From IMG/VR virus record IMGVR_UViG_3300016665_000672, positions 1 through 47,045 of that record: 47,045 nt of DNA. One strand, given 5' to 3'. Within the stretch, counting starts at the first letter, position 1, and each line of letters starts with the position of its first letter. The notes beneath the pieces are model-generated. The model saw only the letters and a list, made by a program, of their open reading frames with translations. It made no database searches and was not told the origin of the DNA. Position numbers and translations under genes: made by a program. This DNA comes from a virus (lineage: Duplodnaviria; Caudoviricetes). This document shows positions 9,019 to 16,933 of this stretch, piece by piece.

Positions 9019-9021
9019 CGC

Positions 9022-9549
9022 TCAGCCCTCCGTTCCGGTCATGGGTTGCGTGTCGTTCTCCTCCACGAACGGGGGAAGCCACTTGCTGACCGCTCCGCTG
9101 ACGTGGCGAAACGTTTCGCCGCGCAGGACGCATACGACCGAGTTCCGTGCGACGCCGAGCCGTATGGCGATCGATCGCTGGCTTTCACCACGCGCAGCGG
9201 CGAGCAGCACGTCGAGCGCGTCGACCTCGGTGAGCTTGCGGTGCGTGCGGCCACGCTCAGCCGCCTGCCTACGGTTCTCCAGTTGCGAGCCGACCTCGAG
9301 GTGTGCCGGGTTGCAGCACTTCGGGTTGTCGCACGAGTGCAGTACGTACTGGCCAGCCGGGATCGGCCCCTTAGCGATCTGGTACGCAAGCCGGTGAGGG
9401 GCGTCGGTGCGAGCGTCGACCTTGGTCCAGCCGTAGCGCTTGCCAGGAGCGCCCGCCTTCGTGCGCCACTCCCAGCAAGGACCGAGACCGGTGAAGTCGG
9501 GCCCGGATCGATCGAGTCGGTTCCAGAACTGCTCGACGGTGAGGCTCAC
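9022..9549 (-). CDS. HNH endonuclease with C-terminal HTH (homing-endonuclease type)
   Basis: CWEW...YG...HRLAY...VLHSCDNPKCCNPAHL...N, then SQRSIAIRLGV. Confidence 0.9.
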   Translation of the reverse strand: MSLTVEQFWNRLDRSGPDFTGLGPCWEWRTKAGAPGKRYGWTKVDARTDAPHRLAYQIAKGPIPAGQYVLHSCDNPKCCNPAHLEVGSQLENRRQAAERGRTHRKLTEVDALDVLLAAARGESQRSIAIRLGVARNSVVCVLRGETFRHVSGAVSKWLPPFVEENDTQPMTGTEG

Positions 9550-9779
9550 GGCATCACCTCCTCGTCGAGCGGAGGAAGATCCTTGAGGACCCGGCGGATC
9601 TTCTCCTCGACCTTCTGGGTCGGGCGGTGCTTGCCCAGCTCGACCCGCAGGAGGGTCGCGGGCGAGACACCGATGAGCACGGCCAGCGTGGCCTGCGACT
9701 GGTTGAGCGCCTCGCGACGCTCACGCACGGCGCGACCAAAGCGGCCGGGTGGTTCCTTGCGGTGTGGATGAGGCTTCAT
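9546..9779 (-). CDS. Cro-like XRE HTH regulator
   Basis: RERREALNQSQATLAVLIGVSPATLLRVELG; first gene of the replication operon; divergent from the repressor. Confidence 0.88.
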   Translation of the reverse strand: MKPHPHRKEPPGRFGRAVRERREALNQSQATLAVLIGVSPATLLRVELGKHRPTQKVEEKIRRVLKDLPPLDEEVMP

Positions 9780-9889
9780 GGTGACGCTCCATGAAGCACG
9801 ACCACGCTTGCGCCGTCAAGAAGCCTCACCGTGACGGTTTGCGTGTCCGCCTGAGACGTGGTCCGATCTCGTCGTGACGAATCACGACG
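9774..9889. promoter_or_regulatory. Lysis/lysogeny switch: operator(s) and divergent promoters
   Basis: CCTCACCGTGACG at 9824-9836 (identical copy at 10393-10405), with variant CTTCATGGTGACG at 9774-9786. Plus strand: -35 TTGCGT at 9839-9844, 17-bp spacer, TGn-TCCGAT at 9859-9867. Minus strand: -35 TTGACG at 9819-9814. Confidence 0.7.
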
Positions 9890-10359
9890 CCTCACACATC
9901 AAGCTCACCGGCCGCCGCATCCGTGACGAGCGCAGGCGTCTGAATTGGACGCAGCAGCGCCTCGCCAACGAGGCCGGCGTGTCGCTCGCGAGCATCCAGC
10001 GCGCCGAGAAGGACGCCGCCGAGATGGACGGGAAGGTTTTGTCCCGAATCTCCCAGGCTCTGAATCGCGGTGGACAGCCGCTGTCCGCCCCCTCCTCGAC
10101 AGCGGTCGAGAAAGGCGCGACGGTTCCGAGCACATTGGCTCAGATGGTTGGAACGATGCAGGTGCCCGTGACCGCGGCAGACCCGTACCTCGTGCTCGTC
10201 GAGCTCGCGGTTGAGAGGAAGGACCCGCCCGAGGTCTTCGAGAAGCTGGCCCAGGCCCGCCGCAACGCGCCGCCAGGGTCCGACTACGCCTACTGGCTGC
10301 GCCTCTACATGTCGGCCGTTGATGAAGCAAAGGCCGCTCGGAAGACGGGCCGCGTCTGA
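9874..10359 (+). CDS. CI-like XRE HTH repressor
   Basis: GRRIRDERRRLNWTQQRLANEAGVSLASIQRAE; no S24 peptidase motif seen in the C-terminal part. Confidence 0.85.
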   Translation: MTNHDASHIKLTGRRIRDERRRLNWTQQRLANEAGVSLASIQRAEKDAAEMDGKVLSRISQALNRGGQPLSAPSSTAVEKGATVPSTLAQMVGTMQVPVTAADPYLVLVELAVERKDPPEVFEKLAQARRNAPPGSDYAYWLRLYMSAVDEAKAARKTGRV

Positions 10360-10369
10360 ATCTGTCGCA

Positions 10370-10416
10370 CGTCACCGTGCGTAAGCTTGACACCTCACCG
10401 TGACGCCTCTTAGGGT
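10370..10416 (+). promoter_or_regulatory. Strong sigma70-type early promoter with operator in its spacer
   Basis: TTGACA at 10387-10392, 18-bp spacer containing CCTCACCGTGACG, TAGGGT at 10411-10416. A second operator-like CGTCACCGTGCGT lies at 10370-10382. Confidence 0.75.
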
Positions 10417-10629
10417 ACCGGAGTCGAGCGCGGCGGGGTTCCGACGGGCCGACCGGATGAGTGCGGGGCAGCAGCGCGAACGCGCCGTGAGCCCAGTTTG
10501 GGGGTCTCCCTCGCAAGCCGGCGAAACAGCCGGGCCGCCCTGGTGGCGGTGGGGCCGTTCCGTCAACGCAGCCCATCGACGTCACGTCAACGCGGAGAGC
10601 GCCGGTGCAGCCGGCGGAGGAGAACCGAC

Positions 10630-10884
10630 ATGCACACGACGGAGGGCGCGCAGCCCACCGCGGGAGAGGTGCGCCTCAGCGACGCCGAGCGGCGCGTGCT
10701 GACGGACATCGCCGCGTCGCAGGACATGCCCGCACCGCGCTACATGGAGCGACGCTACCTGTCGTCGTTCCGCGACTTCGTCACGTTGCGCGACGACTTG
10801 GTTACTCGCGGGCTGCTCGACTGCTCGAGCACGATCCCCCGCATCACCGACGCGGGGCGGGCCGCGCTGCGAGGTGCGTCGTGA
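10630..10884 (+). CDS. Small hypothetical protein, winged-helix-like
   Basis: GGAGGAG RBS; LSDAERRVL...LVTRGLL...ITDAGRAAL. Confidence 0.7.
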   Translation: MHTTEGAQPTAGEVRLSDAERRVLTDIAASQDMPAPRYMERRYLSSFRDFVTLRDDLVTRGLLDCSSTIPRITDAGRAALRGAS

Positions 10885-11273
10885 GTCTCGCTGAGCGCCT
10901 ACGGCTGCTGATCGAGCACCTGGGGATCTCGCATCAGAAGTTCGCCAGCCGACTAGATGTGTCACGAGCCATGATCTCGCGCCTGCTCTCGGGGCAGCGA
11001 GGAAAGAGGCCTGAGGCGTTCATCTGGCGCGTCGAGCGGCTCCTCGGTGTCAGCAAGGACTACTGGTCTGCAGACGACCCCATCGCGTTCCTGCGGGCTG
11101 CTGGCGCTGGCGGCCAAGAGGCGGCGCCGATGCTGCGCGCAAGTTCCGCCAAGTTCGAGCCGGTCGTGAGGGCTTTCGCGTTCCTCTACGAGCTGCGCGC
11201 GTCTGGTGTCGGTGCCTCGTGGCTCTCTGACTGCATTGCGCGCTGCGAGCGCGAACTCGGAGGTTCGTCGTGA
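10881..11273 (+). CDS. Third XRE HTH regulator
   Basis: LAERLRLLIEHLGISHQKFASRLDVSRAMISRLLSG; GTGA-coupled. Confidence 0.85.
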   Translation: MSLAERLRLLIEHLGISHQKFASRLDVSRAMISRLLSGQRGKRPEAFIWRVERLLGVSKDYWSADDPIAFLRAAGAGGQEAAPMLRASSAKFEPVVRAFAFLYELRASGVGASWLSDCIARCERELGGSS

Positions 11274-11398
11274 CCAAGCCCATCACCTACGGCGCCCGCG
11301 TGGGCGGCATCTGGTACGTCTGCGTCTTCGGCCGCTACGGCTCGGGGCAGACTGTCGAGCAGGCCTTCACGGCCGCCTCGCTCCGGAGGTCCTCGTGA
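11270..11398 (+). CDS. 42-aa hypothetical protein
   Basis: MTKPITYGARVGGIWYVCVFGRYGSGQTVEQAF...; GGAGG RBS; GTGA overlaps at both ends. Confidence 0.6.
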   Translation: MTKPITYGARVGGIWYVCVFGRYGSGQTVEQAFTAASLRRSS

Positions 11399-11649
11399 CG
11401 GGCCCGCTCAAGCTGCGCGGGCTGCGCGCGCCGGTCGCCACGATCGACACCGGCTCGGACGGCGGCGAGTGCTACCGGCTCGCGATCTACCGCCGCGAGA
11501 CCTCCATCGAGATCGCCGAGGAGGCGCGTCTTGAAGGCGAGGAACTCTGGGGCACGCACTTCGAGGCGGTCGAGATCCCGGTCGACAAGTTCCACGAGCT
11601 GCTCGACGGCCTCATCGCCGCCAAGGCCGCGGAAGGCGGTGCGCCGTGA
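11395..11649 (+). CDS. Hypothetical protein
   Basis: GGAGG RBS; coupled to both neighbours. Confidence 0.65.
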   Translation: MTGPLKLRGLRAPVATIDTGSDGGECYRLAIYRRETSIEIAEEARLEGEELWGTHFEAVEIPVDKFHELLDGLIAAKAAEGGAP

Positions 11650-12023
11650 AGACGACCGCGATTGCCGAGTACGACATCACGCTTGACCGCGAGAGCTGGG
11701 AGGCGTTCAAGGCTGCGATCACCACGCCGCGCCGCCCGGTCTACGAGGTGCACATTACCGGGCTCTGCACGCTGCTCGCGCACGCCGAGCAGCGCGACGA
11801 GCGCACCTTCGACGTCTACCCGGCGTGGTGCGAGCACGGCATCACCCCGGCGTGCGTGGGGCGCCTGCGCGTGGCCGTGGTCACGGTCGATGACCGCGGC
11901 GCGCCGATGGCCGCCGGCCGCTGCGAGGAAGGCCTCGCGTTTGCGCGCGTCTCGCGAGCGATGCCTTCGCGCCTGCTCGTTGTTCCCCTGCCAGACACCG
12001 ACCCGAAGGGAGGACCGTCGTGA
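11646..12023 (+). CDS. Hypothetical protein
   Basis: GTGA-coupled chain. Confidence 0.65.
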   Translation: MKTTAIAEYDITLDRESWEAFKAAITTPRRPVYEVHITGLCTLLAHAEQRDERTFDVYPAWCEHGITPACVGRLRVAVVTVDDRGAPMAAGRCEEGLAFARVSRAMPSRLLVVPLPDTDPKGGPS

Positions 12024-12418
12024 AGAACCGCACGTACACGATCGACCAGGTCGCCGAGGATCTCGCGGCGCCGTTCTTGGTGAACGGCGTGGCTACCCAT
12101 CATCTGCCCATCGAGATCGCCGCGTGCCCCGAGCTCTCCAGCCGGCCTCGCGTTCGTGACGCGCTGCTTGCCCTCGACGAGGCCCAGAACGCGGTGGCGA
12201 TTGCCGCAGCCATCGAGCTGCCGGACCGCGTCGCTGCGCATCTCGCCTACTCGTTCGTCTGGCGGGTGCTCAACGCGCTCGACGACGTGCTGGTGCTAGC
12301 TGGCGTGCGCGACGAGGCGGACCGCTTTCGCTCCGTCGAGGCGAGCGATTGGGACCCGAAGGCCTGGGAGTCGTTCGTCGAGTCCCGCCGCGCCTGGGAG
12401 ATGCTGTCATGCCGCTGA
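12020..12418 (+). CDS. Hypothetical protein
   Basis: GGAGG RBS; GTGA-coupled. Confidence 0.65.
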   Translation: MKNRTYTIDQVAEDLAAPFLVNGVATHHLPIEIAACPELSSRPRVRDALLALDEAQNAVAIAAAIELPDRVAAHLAYSFVWRVLNALDDVLVLAGVRDEADRFRSVEASDWDPKAWESFVESRRAWEMLSCR

Positions 12419-13404
12419 GCGACGAAGACAAGGCAATCCGCGCGACCGGCGTCGGCGCGTCCGAGGCCTACCGCATCGCCCTGCAGAAGGGCGCTCACAA
12501 GGTCTGGCTCCGCCTCGTGCACCCCGAGCTCGTCGGCGATGACAAACCGACGGTGCGGATGCGCAAGGGCGTGATCTTCGAGTCGCTCGCCGGCGACCTC
12601 TACGCCGAGCGGTTCGGGCTCCCGCTCGAGCGGCTGCACCGTCCGATCCCTACCATGCGCCACCCCGAGCACCCGTGCGTGCTCGCGACGCCCGACGTCA
12701 TCGTGCGCAGCGCCAAGGGCGAGCCCGAGCTGCTCCTCGAGATCAAGCGCCCGGAGTTCGCGACCGACCGCGAGGGTCGCGTCGTGTGGGGCCCCGACGG
12801 CTCCGACGAGTTCCCGCTGATGTACCGGATCCAAACGACCATCCAGATGGCCGTCACGGGCATCCGCCGCGCCCACCTGGTCGCGCTCCTCGGCGCCGAG
12901 GACGACGTGCGCGTCTACGACGTGCCGTGGGACGTCGAGCTGGCGGACCTCGTCATCGGTCGGATCGTCGCGTTCTGGCGCGACTACGTGGTCACCAAGA
13001 CGCCGCCTCCGGCCGACGCCTCGCTCGAGGCCACCGACGCGATCGCGAAGCTCTACCCGAAGAACACGGGCAAGACGCGCCCCGCATCGGGCGATCCGGT
13101 GGTGCTGTTCGCGACCGGCGAGACGCTCGACGGCGACACCGGTCTCGCGAAGGCGCTCGCCGCAGTGCGCGCGCAGAAGCGTGCCCTCGAGGAGCGCGAG
13201 CGCTTGCTCGTCAACGCGGCGAAGGAGCGCACCGGCGAGCTCGATGGCGTCGACGGGTGCTGGAGCTGGAAGGCGCCGAAGAACGGCGGCGGGACGACGA
13301 GCTGGAAGTCGGTCGCGCAGGAGCTCGGCGCGCCCAGAGAGTTGATCGCGAAACACACGTCACCGGCGGCGCGGACGTTCCGGCTGCTCGGACAGGAGGA
13401 CTGA
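12409..13404 (+). CDS. YqaJ / lambda-exonuclease-family recombination nuclease
   Basis: RATGVGASE, G..FE, LATPD, LLEIK and YRIQTTIQMAVTG give the PD-(D/E)xK pattern. Confidence 0.9.
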   Translation: MPLSDEDKAIRATGVGASEAYRIALQKGAHKVWLRLVHPELVGDDKPTVRMRKGVIFESLAGDLYAERFGLPLERLHRPIPTMRHPEHPCVLATPDVIVRSAKGEPELLLEIKRPEFATDREGRVVWGPDGSDEFPLMYRIQTTIQMAVTGIRRAHLVALLGAEDDVRVYDVPWDVELADLVIGRIVAFWRDYVVTKTPPPADASLEATDAIAKLYPKNTGKTRPASGDPVVLFATGETLDGDTGLAKALAAVRAQKRALEERERLLVNAAKERTGELDGVDGCWSWKAPKNGGGTTSWKSVAQELGAPRELIAKHTSPAARTFRLLGQED

Positions 13405-13405
13405 C

Positions 13406-14305
13406 ATGATGCAGATGCAGCAGCAGCCGTACACCCCCCAAGCGCTCGCCTACCCCGCTCAGGAGCTCAACGCGGAGCTGCAGGCGTGGGCGGCGATGAA
13501 GGAGCAGGCCTCGATCGCGCTGAAGTCGCGGTACCTGCCGAAGGCGATCGCGACCGAGGAGCAGGCGATCACGATCGCCATGGCGGGCCGCGAGATCGGC
13601 CTGCCCCCGATGACCGCCTTCCGGCTGATCCACCTCATCGAGGGAAAGATCACCATGGCCGCCGAGCTGCTTCTCGCGCTCGCCTACCGGAAGATCCCCG
13701 GCTTCCGCCTCGAGGTGGTGAAGACCACGCACGAGGGGTGCGCCGTGCGGTACTGGCGCCCCGGGATGGAGCAGCCGTCCCCGAACTTCATCTTCACGAT
13801 CGAGATGGCGCACCGCGCCGGCCTGAGCGGCAAGAGCAACTGGAAGAACTACCCCGAGGCCATGTGCCGCGCGCGCGCCATTTCGGCGGCGCTGCGCGTG
13901 GGCGCGGCCGACGCCACGCTCGGCGTCATGTCGACCGAGGAGGCGATCGACGGCGAGGTCGAGACCTCGACGCTCGTGATCGACGCCGCGCCGGCGGCGC
14001 AGCCGGTCTCGTTCGCCTCGGCGCCGTCGCCGGTGGACGCGCTGAAGGCGCAGCTGCGCACCCAGCCCGCGCCGTCGCCGGCTCCGATGCAGCTCGCGCC
14101 GCCGGCCCCGCAGCCGATGGCAGCGCCGGCAGCGGCGCCGCCGGTCGCACAGGCCACGACGCGCAAGCCGCGGAGCACGCGCAAGGTCGAGCAGCCGGTC
14201 GAGACGCCGTTCGGCACGGCGACGCAGACGGTCGAGGTGCCGGACAGCGCGAGCGCCGACGCGCCGCCCGACGAGGACACCTACGAGCCGGGAGCGGAGG
14301 GCTGA
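13406..14305 (+). CDS. RecT/Red-beta-like single-strand annealing protein
   Basis: GREIGLPPMTAFRLIHLIEGK...WKNYPEAMCRARA...G..STEE; adjacent to the YqaJ nuclease; Pro/Ala-rich and acidic tail. Confidence 0.8.
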   Translation: MMQMQQQPYTPQALAYPAQELNAELQAWAAMKEQASIALKSRYLPKAIATEEQAITIAMAGREIGLPPMTAFRLIHLIEGKITMAAELLLALAYRKIPGFRLEVVKTTHEGCAVRYWRPGMEQPSPNFIFTIEMAHRAGLSGKSNWKNYPEAMCRARAISAALRVGAADATLGVMSTEEAIDGEVETSTLVIDAAPAAQPVSFASAPSPVDALKAQLRTQPAPSPAPMQLAPPAPQPMAAPAAAPPVAQATTRKPRSTRKVEQPVETPFGTATQTVEVPDSASADAPPDEDTYEPGAEG

Positions 14306-14308
14306 TCG

Positions 14309-14563
14309 ATGCCGAGCCTTCCCGCCGCCGCGTGGTACCGCGGCTTCGACTCCATCCCTCTGGCCCCCGGCAAGCCCGACCCTCTCGCGCCTTACCGCGG
14401 CAAGCGTCGCCGCAACGCGGTCGACAAGGCCGCGCGCGAGCTCGAGGCCCGCGTTGCCCGCGGCGCCCGTCCGCGGACCATCAAGCGCGCCAAGCGGCGT
14501 CTTTACAAGCGTGTCCGGGCCGAGCAGGGCCGCCAGGTGCGCAGCGGCGAGATCGAGGTCTGA
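14309..14563 (+). CDS. Small basic protein
   Basis: GGAGG RBS; Arg/Lys-rich. Confidence 0.6.
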   Translation: MPSLPAAAWYRGFDSIPLAPGKPDPLAPYRGKRRRNAVDKAARELEARVARGARPRTIKRAKRRLYKRVRAEQGRQVRSGEIEV

Positions 14564-14565
14564 CG

Positions 14566-14715
14566 ATGCACAAGTGTGCCTACTGCGACACGCCGATCGG
14601 CAGCGAGTCGCGCTTCTGCTCGCAGGGCTGCCACGACGCAGCGACCTACGACACGACGGACGAGCGCGAGATCGCGTTCGCACCGCCCGAGGAGCTCACC
14701 GGCGCCGACGCGTGA
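14566..14715 (+). CDS. Small zinc-finger protein
   Basis: CAYC...RFCSQGC; GAGGT RBS. Confidence 0.7.
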   Translation: MHKCAYCDTPIGSESRFCSQGCHDAATYDTTDEREIAFAPPEELTGADA

Positions 14716-14719
14716 GCCG

Positions 14720-14892
14720 CTGGCCCCGAGCGACATCGGGGCACCTGGGGCCGTGCGGACGACGCGGGACTCGGGGGAATCACCCCTGTGCACCCGTCGC
14801 GGGTTCGACTCCCGCGGGCACGCCGAGACCGCCACAAGGGCGCGGCAACTCCTCTCCACTCCGCGCCGCGCGCGGGCAACCGCCGGTCTCAC
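14720..14892 (+). ncRNA. Candidate structured RNA with a tRNA-like T-arm
   Basis: Intergenic. CGCGGG-TTCGACT-CCCGCG at 14798-14816 plus several other stems; not a full cloverleaf. Confidence 0.5.
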
Positions 14893-14919
14893 CTACGACG
14901 AAACGACACGGAGGATCGC

Positions 14920-15570
14920 ATGGATCAGCCTCGCGGTGACTGGATGCAGACGAACAGCGGCGTGCAGTTCTGGCCGCTGGCCCCTCGCCCGGAGGACATC
15001 CGGATCGAGGACATCGCCCACGCCCTCGCGCGCCAGTGCCGGTTCGCCGGCCACCTGGACGACCACTACAGCGTCGCTCAGCACTCGGTGTTGGTCTCGC
15101 TCGCCTGCGAGCCTGCGGACGCGCTGTGGGGCCTGCTCCACGACGCCACCGAGGCGTATCTGGTCGACGTTCCCGCGCCGGTGAAGCGGTCGCCCGAGAT
15201 GGCCGGCTACCGCGCGATCGAGTCGAGGCTGGAGGCGGTGATCGCGGAGCGCTTCGGCCTCGCCTGCCCGATGCCGGAGAGCGTGAAGCGTGCAGACGTC
15301 GTGCTCCTCGCCACCGAGGTGCGTGACCTCCTTGCGGCCCCTCCGCCGGCGCCCTGGCCGCTGGTGGGGATCGAGCCGCTCGAGCGCCCGATCACGCCCT
15401 GGAGCGCGGACTACGCCAAGGCCGTGTTCCTCGCCCGCTTCGACGAGCTCACGCGGGTCCGGGACCAGGAGCCGAGCTTCTCGGCCGTGTTCACCCGCTC
15501 GACGCTCCCGGCCCCGCCGGACGACGACGAGCCGAGCGCGGGCGATTGGTTCATCGGAGGTGCGCCGTGA
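14920..15570 (+). CDS. HD-domain phosphohydrolase (YfbR/YfdR-like deoxynucleotidase)
   Basis: DIAHALARQCRFAGH...YSVAQHS...LLHDATEAY..D; GGAGG RBS. Confidence 0.88.
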   Translation: MDQPRGDWMQTNSGVQFWPLAPRPEDIRIEDIAHALARQCRFAGHLDDHYSVAQHSVLVSLACEPADALWGLLHDATEAYLVDVPAPVKRSPEMAGYRAIESRLEAVIAERFGLACPMPESVKRADVVLLATEVRDLLAAPPPAPWPLVGIEPLERPITPWSADYAKAVFLARFDELTRVRDQEPSFSAVFTRSTLPAPPDDDEPSAGDWFIGGAP

Positions 15571-15878
15571 GCAAGCTGACCCACGTCCAGGAGAACGCCC
15601 TCAAGCAGATCGTCGGGGCCGGCGGGCGCGTCATGGTCTCGCGCCGGCGCGGCAACGATCGCATGGCCCACGTCCAGCGGGCCGCGAACTCGCCCCAACG
15701 CGTCGCCCTGCCCTCGGTGGACGCCTTCGTCAGGCGCGGTCTGCTTGCGCTCGACAAGGCCACCCAGACCGGGGACACGGTGTTCGAGCTGTGGGTGCTC
15801 ACCGAGGCGGGCCGCGCGCTCGCTGTGCGCTCTCAAGCTCCCACCCACCGCGGAGGACTGACCGATGCCCACGACTGA
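15567..15878 (+). CDS. Hypothetical protein, winged-helix-like
   Basis: LTHVQENAL...VRRGLL...LTEAGRAL; same pattern as 10630-10884. Confidence 0.65.
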   Translation: MSKLTHVQENALKQIVGAGGRVMVSRRRGNDRMAHVQRAANSPQRVALPSVDAFVRRGLLALDKATQTGDTVFELWVLTEAGRALAVRSQAPTHRGGLTDAHD

Positions 15879-16044
15879 CGAGCAGCCGGCCAAGGCGTCG
15901 CCGAAGTGCATCACCTGCGACCTGCCCGTGACCTCTCCCGCGTACGACGTCACGCACTACGGGCGCGCGGGCGTCACCTACGAGCATCAGGCGTGCTGGC
16001 AAAGCCGAACCTTCGGAGGCACCGATGGGCGTCGTCATGATTAG
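15865..16044 (+). CDS. Small putative zinc-binding protein
   Basis: GGAGG RBS; CITC...HQAC; 59 aa; not in the ORF track. Confidence 0.6.
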   Translation: MPTTDEQPAKASPKCITCDLPVTSPAYDVTHYGRAGVTYEHQACWQSRTFGGTDGRRHD

Positions 16045-16345
16045 CGCCGGGCACTGCGGCCTCGATAGGACACCCGACGGCCTCGGTGGGTGCAGCGGCA
16101 ACGCTGATTGCACCTGCGAGTGCACCGCGTGCCTACGACGGGTCGTCCGTCAGTTGCGCGCCAACGTCCAAGCATCGGCGAGACGCGCCGATGCAGCGGA
16201 TGCGCGTGTTACCGCGGCGACCTCGAAGGCCCGCGAGCGTGCGCTCGACGCGGCCGCGCACCTGTTCGCGCCGGCGGCGACCTACCGCGGTGAGGTCGTC
16301 ATCGAGCGCATCTTCGAGTTGATCAGGCGCGGAGCAGAACGATGA
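16025..16345 (+). CDS. Cys-rich hypothetical protein
   Basis: GGAGG RBS; C...C...CTCECTAC. Confidence 0.6.
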   Translation: MGVVMISAGHCGLDRTPDGLGGCSGNADCTCECTACLRRVVRQLRANVQASARRADAADARVTAATSKARERALDAAAHLFAPAATYRGEVVIERIFELIRRGAER

Positions 16346-16614
16346 CACCGGCACAGCAAGCTGACCAGCTCAACACGATGCAGGCCGGAGACGTTCTGGA
16401 CGGCACCATGCTCGGCCACATCCAAGAGGCGTCCGACACGCTCCACGCGCTTGGGTCGGTGCTCGAAGCGGCGAAGGCCTACCGGGACTGGCAGAACAGG
16501 GGCCGATGCTTCTACGCCCGGTGCTCCTGTCGTGAGTGCCTGTTCTTGCTCGGCCGCCTCGACGCGGCGCTGAAGCTCGCATCCGGGAGGCCCAATGGCG
16601 ACGACGCTGGATGA
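16342..16614 (+). CDS. Hypothetical protein
   Basis: ATGA-coupled; C....CSCREC. Confidence 0.6.
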   Translation: MTPAQQADQLNTMQAGDVLDGTMLGHIQEASDTLHALGSVLEAAKAYRDWQNRGRCFYARCSCRECLFLLGRLDAALKLASGRPNGDDAG

Positions 16615-16933
16615 CCTCCTGACGATCGAAGAGGTCGCCGTGCTCCTCAAGGTGAGCCCGCGCACCGCCCGCATCTACGTGCGCCAGATGCGTTTCGCGC
16701 GCGTCGGCAAGCACATCCGCGTCACGCGGTCCGAAGTCGAAAGGTGGGTCCGATGTTCAAGCGAGGCGGCAAGTACTACGCGTGGAACCCGCTCACCGGC
16801 CGACGGGAGTCGACCCGCTGCACCGACAAAGAAGCCGCGCGCCTTGTCGTTGCCGAGTGGGAGCGACGTGCCGCGGATCCGACCTACCACGACGCGGCCT
16901 CGAAAACCCTCGGCCACGGCGCCCAGCTCCTGA
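16595..16933 (+). CDS. xis: Excisionase / recombination directionality factor
   Basis: LLTIEEVAVLLKVSPRT...RVGKHIRVTRSEVERW; immediately upstream of and overlapping int. Confidence 0.85.
   Translation: MATTLDDLLTIEEVAVLLKVSPRTARIYVRQMRFARVGKHIRVTRSEVERWVRCSSEAASTTRGTRSPADGSRPAAPTKKPRALSLPSGSDVPRIRPTTTRPRKPSATAPSS

Noticed and set aside
10452-10530. Hammerhead-like words CGGATGAG ... CGAAAC in the early leader
   Set aside because: The core would need CUGANGA, and I could not build stems I-III around it.
14750-14825. Canonical tRNA gene
   Set aside because: The T-arm is perfect, but the acceptor stem has G-G mismatches and there is no D-arm consensus or CCA; kept only as an ncRNA candidate.
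14920-15570. DatZ-type dATPase of a Z-genome (2-aminoadenine) system
   Set aside because: No PurZ, MazZ or phage DNA polymerase is present; the motifs fit the common YfbR/YfdR-like family.
16760-16933. Functional xis-int overlap or fusion
   Set aside because: The Xis extension over int is low-complexity and no slippery site was seen; most simply a late stop codon.
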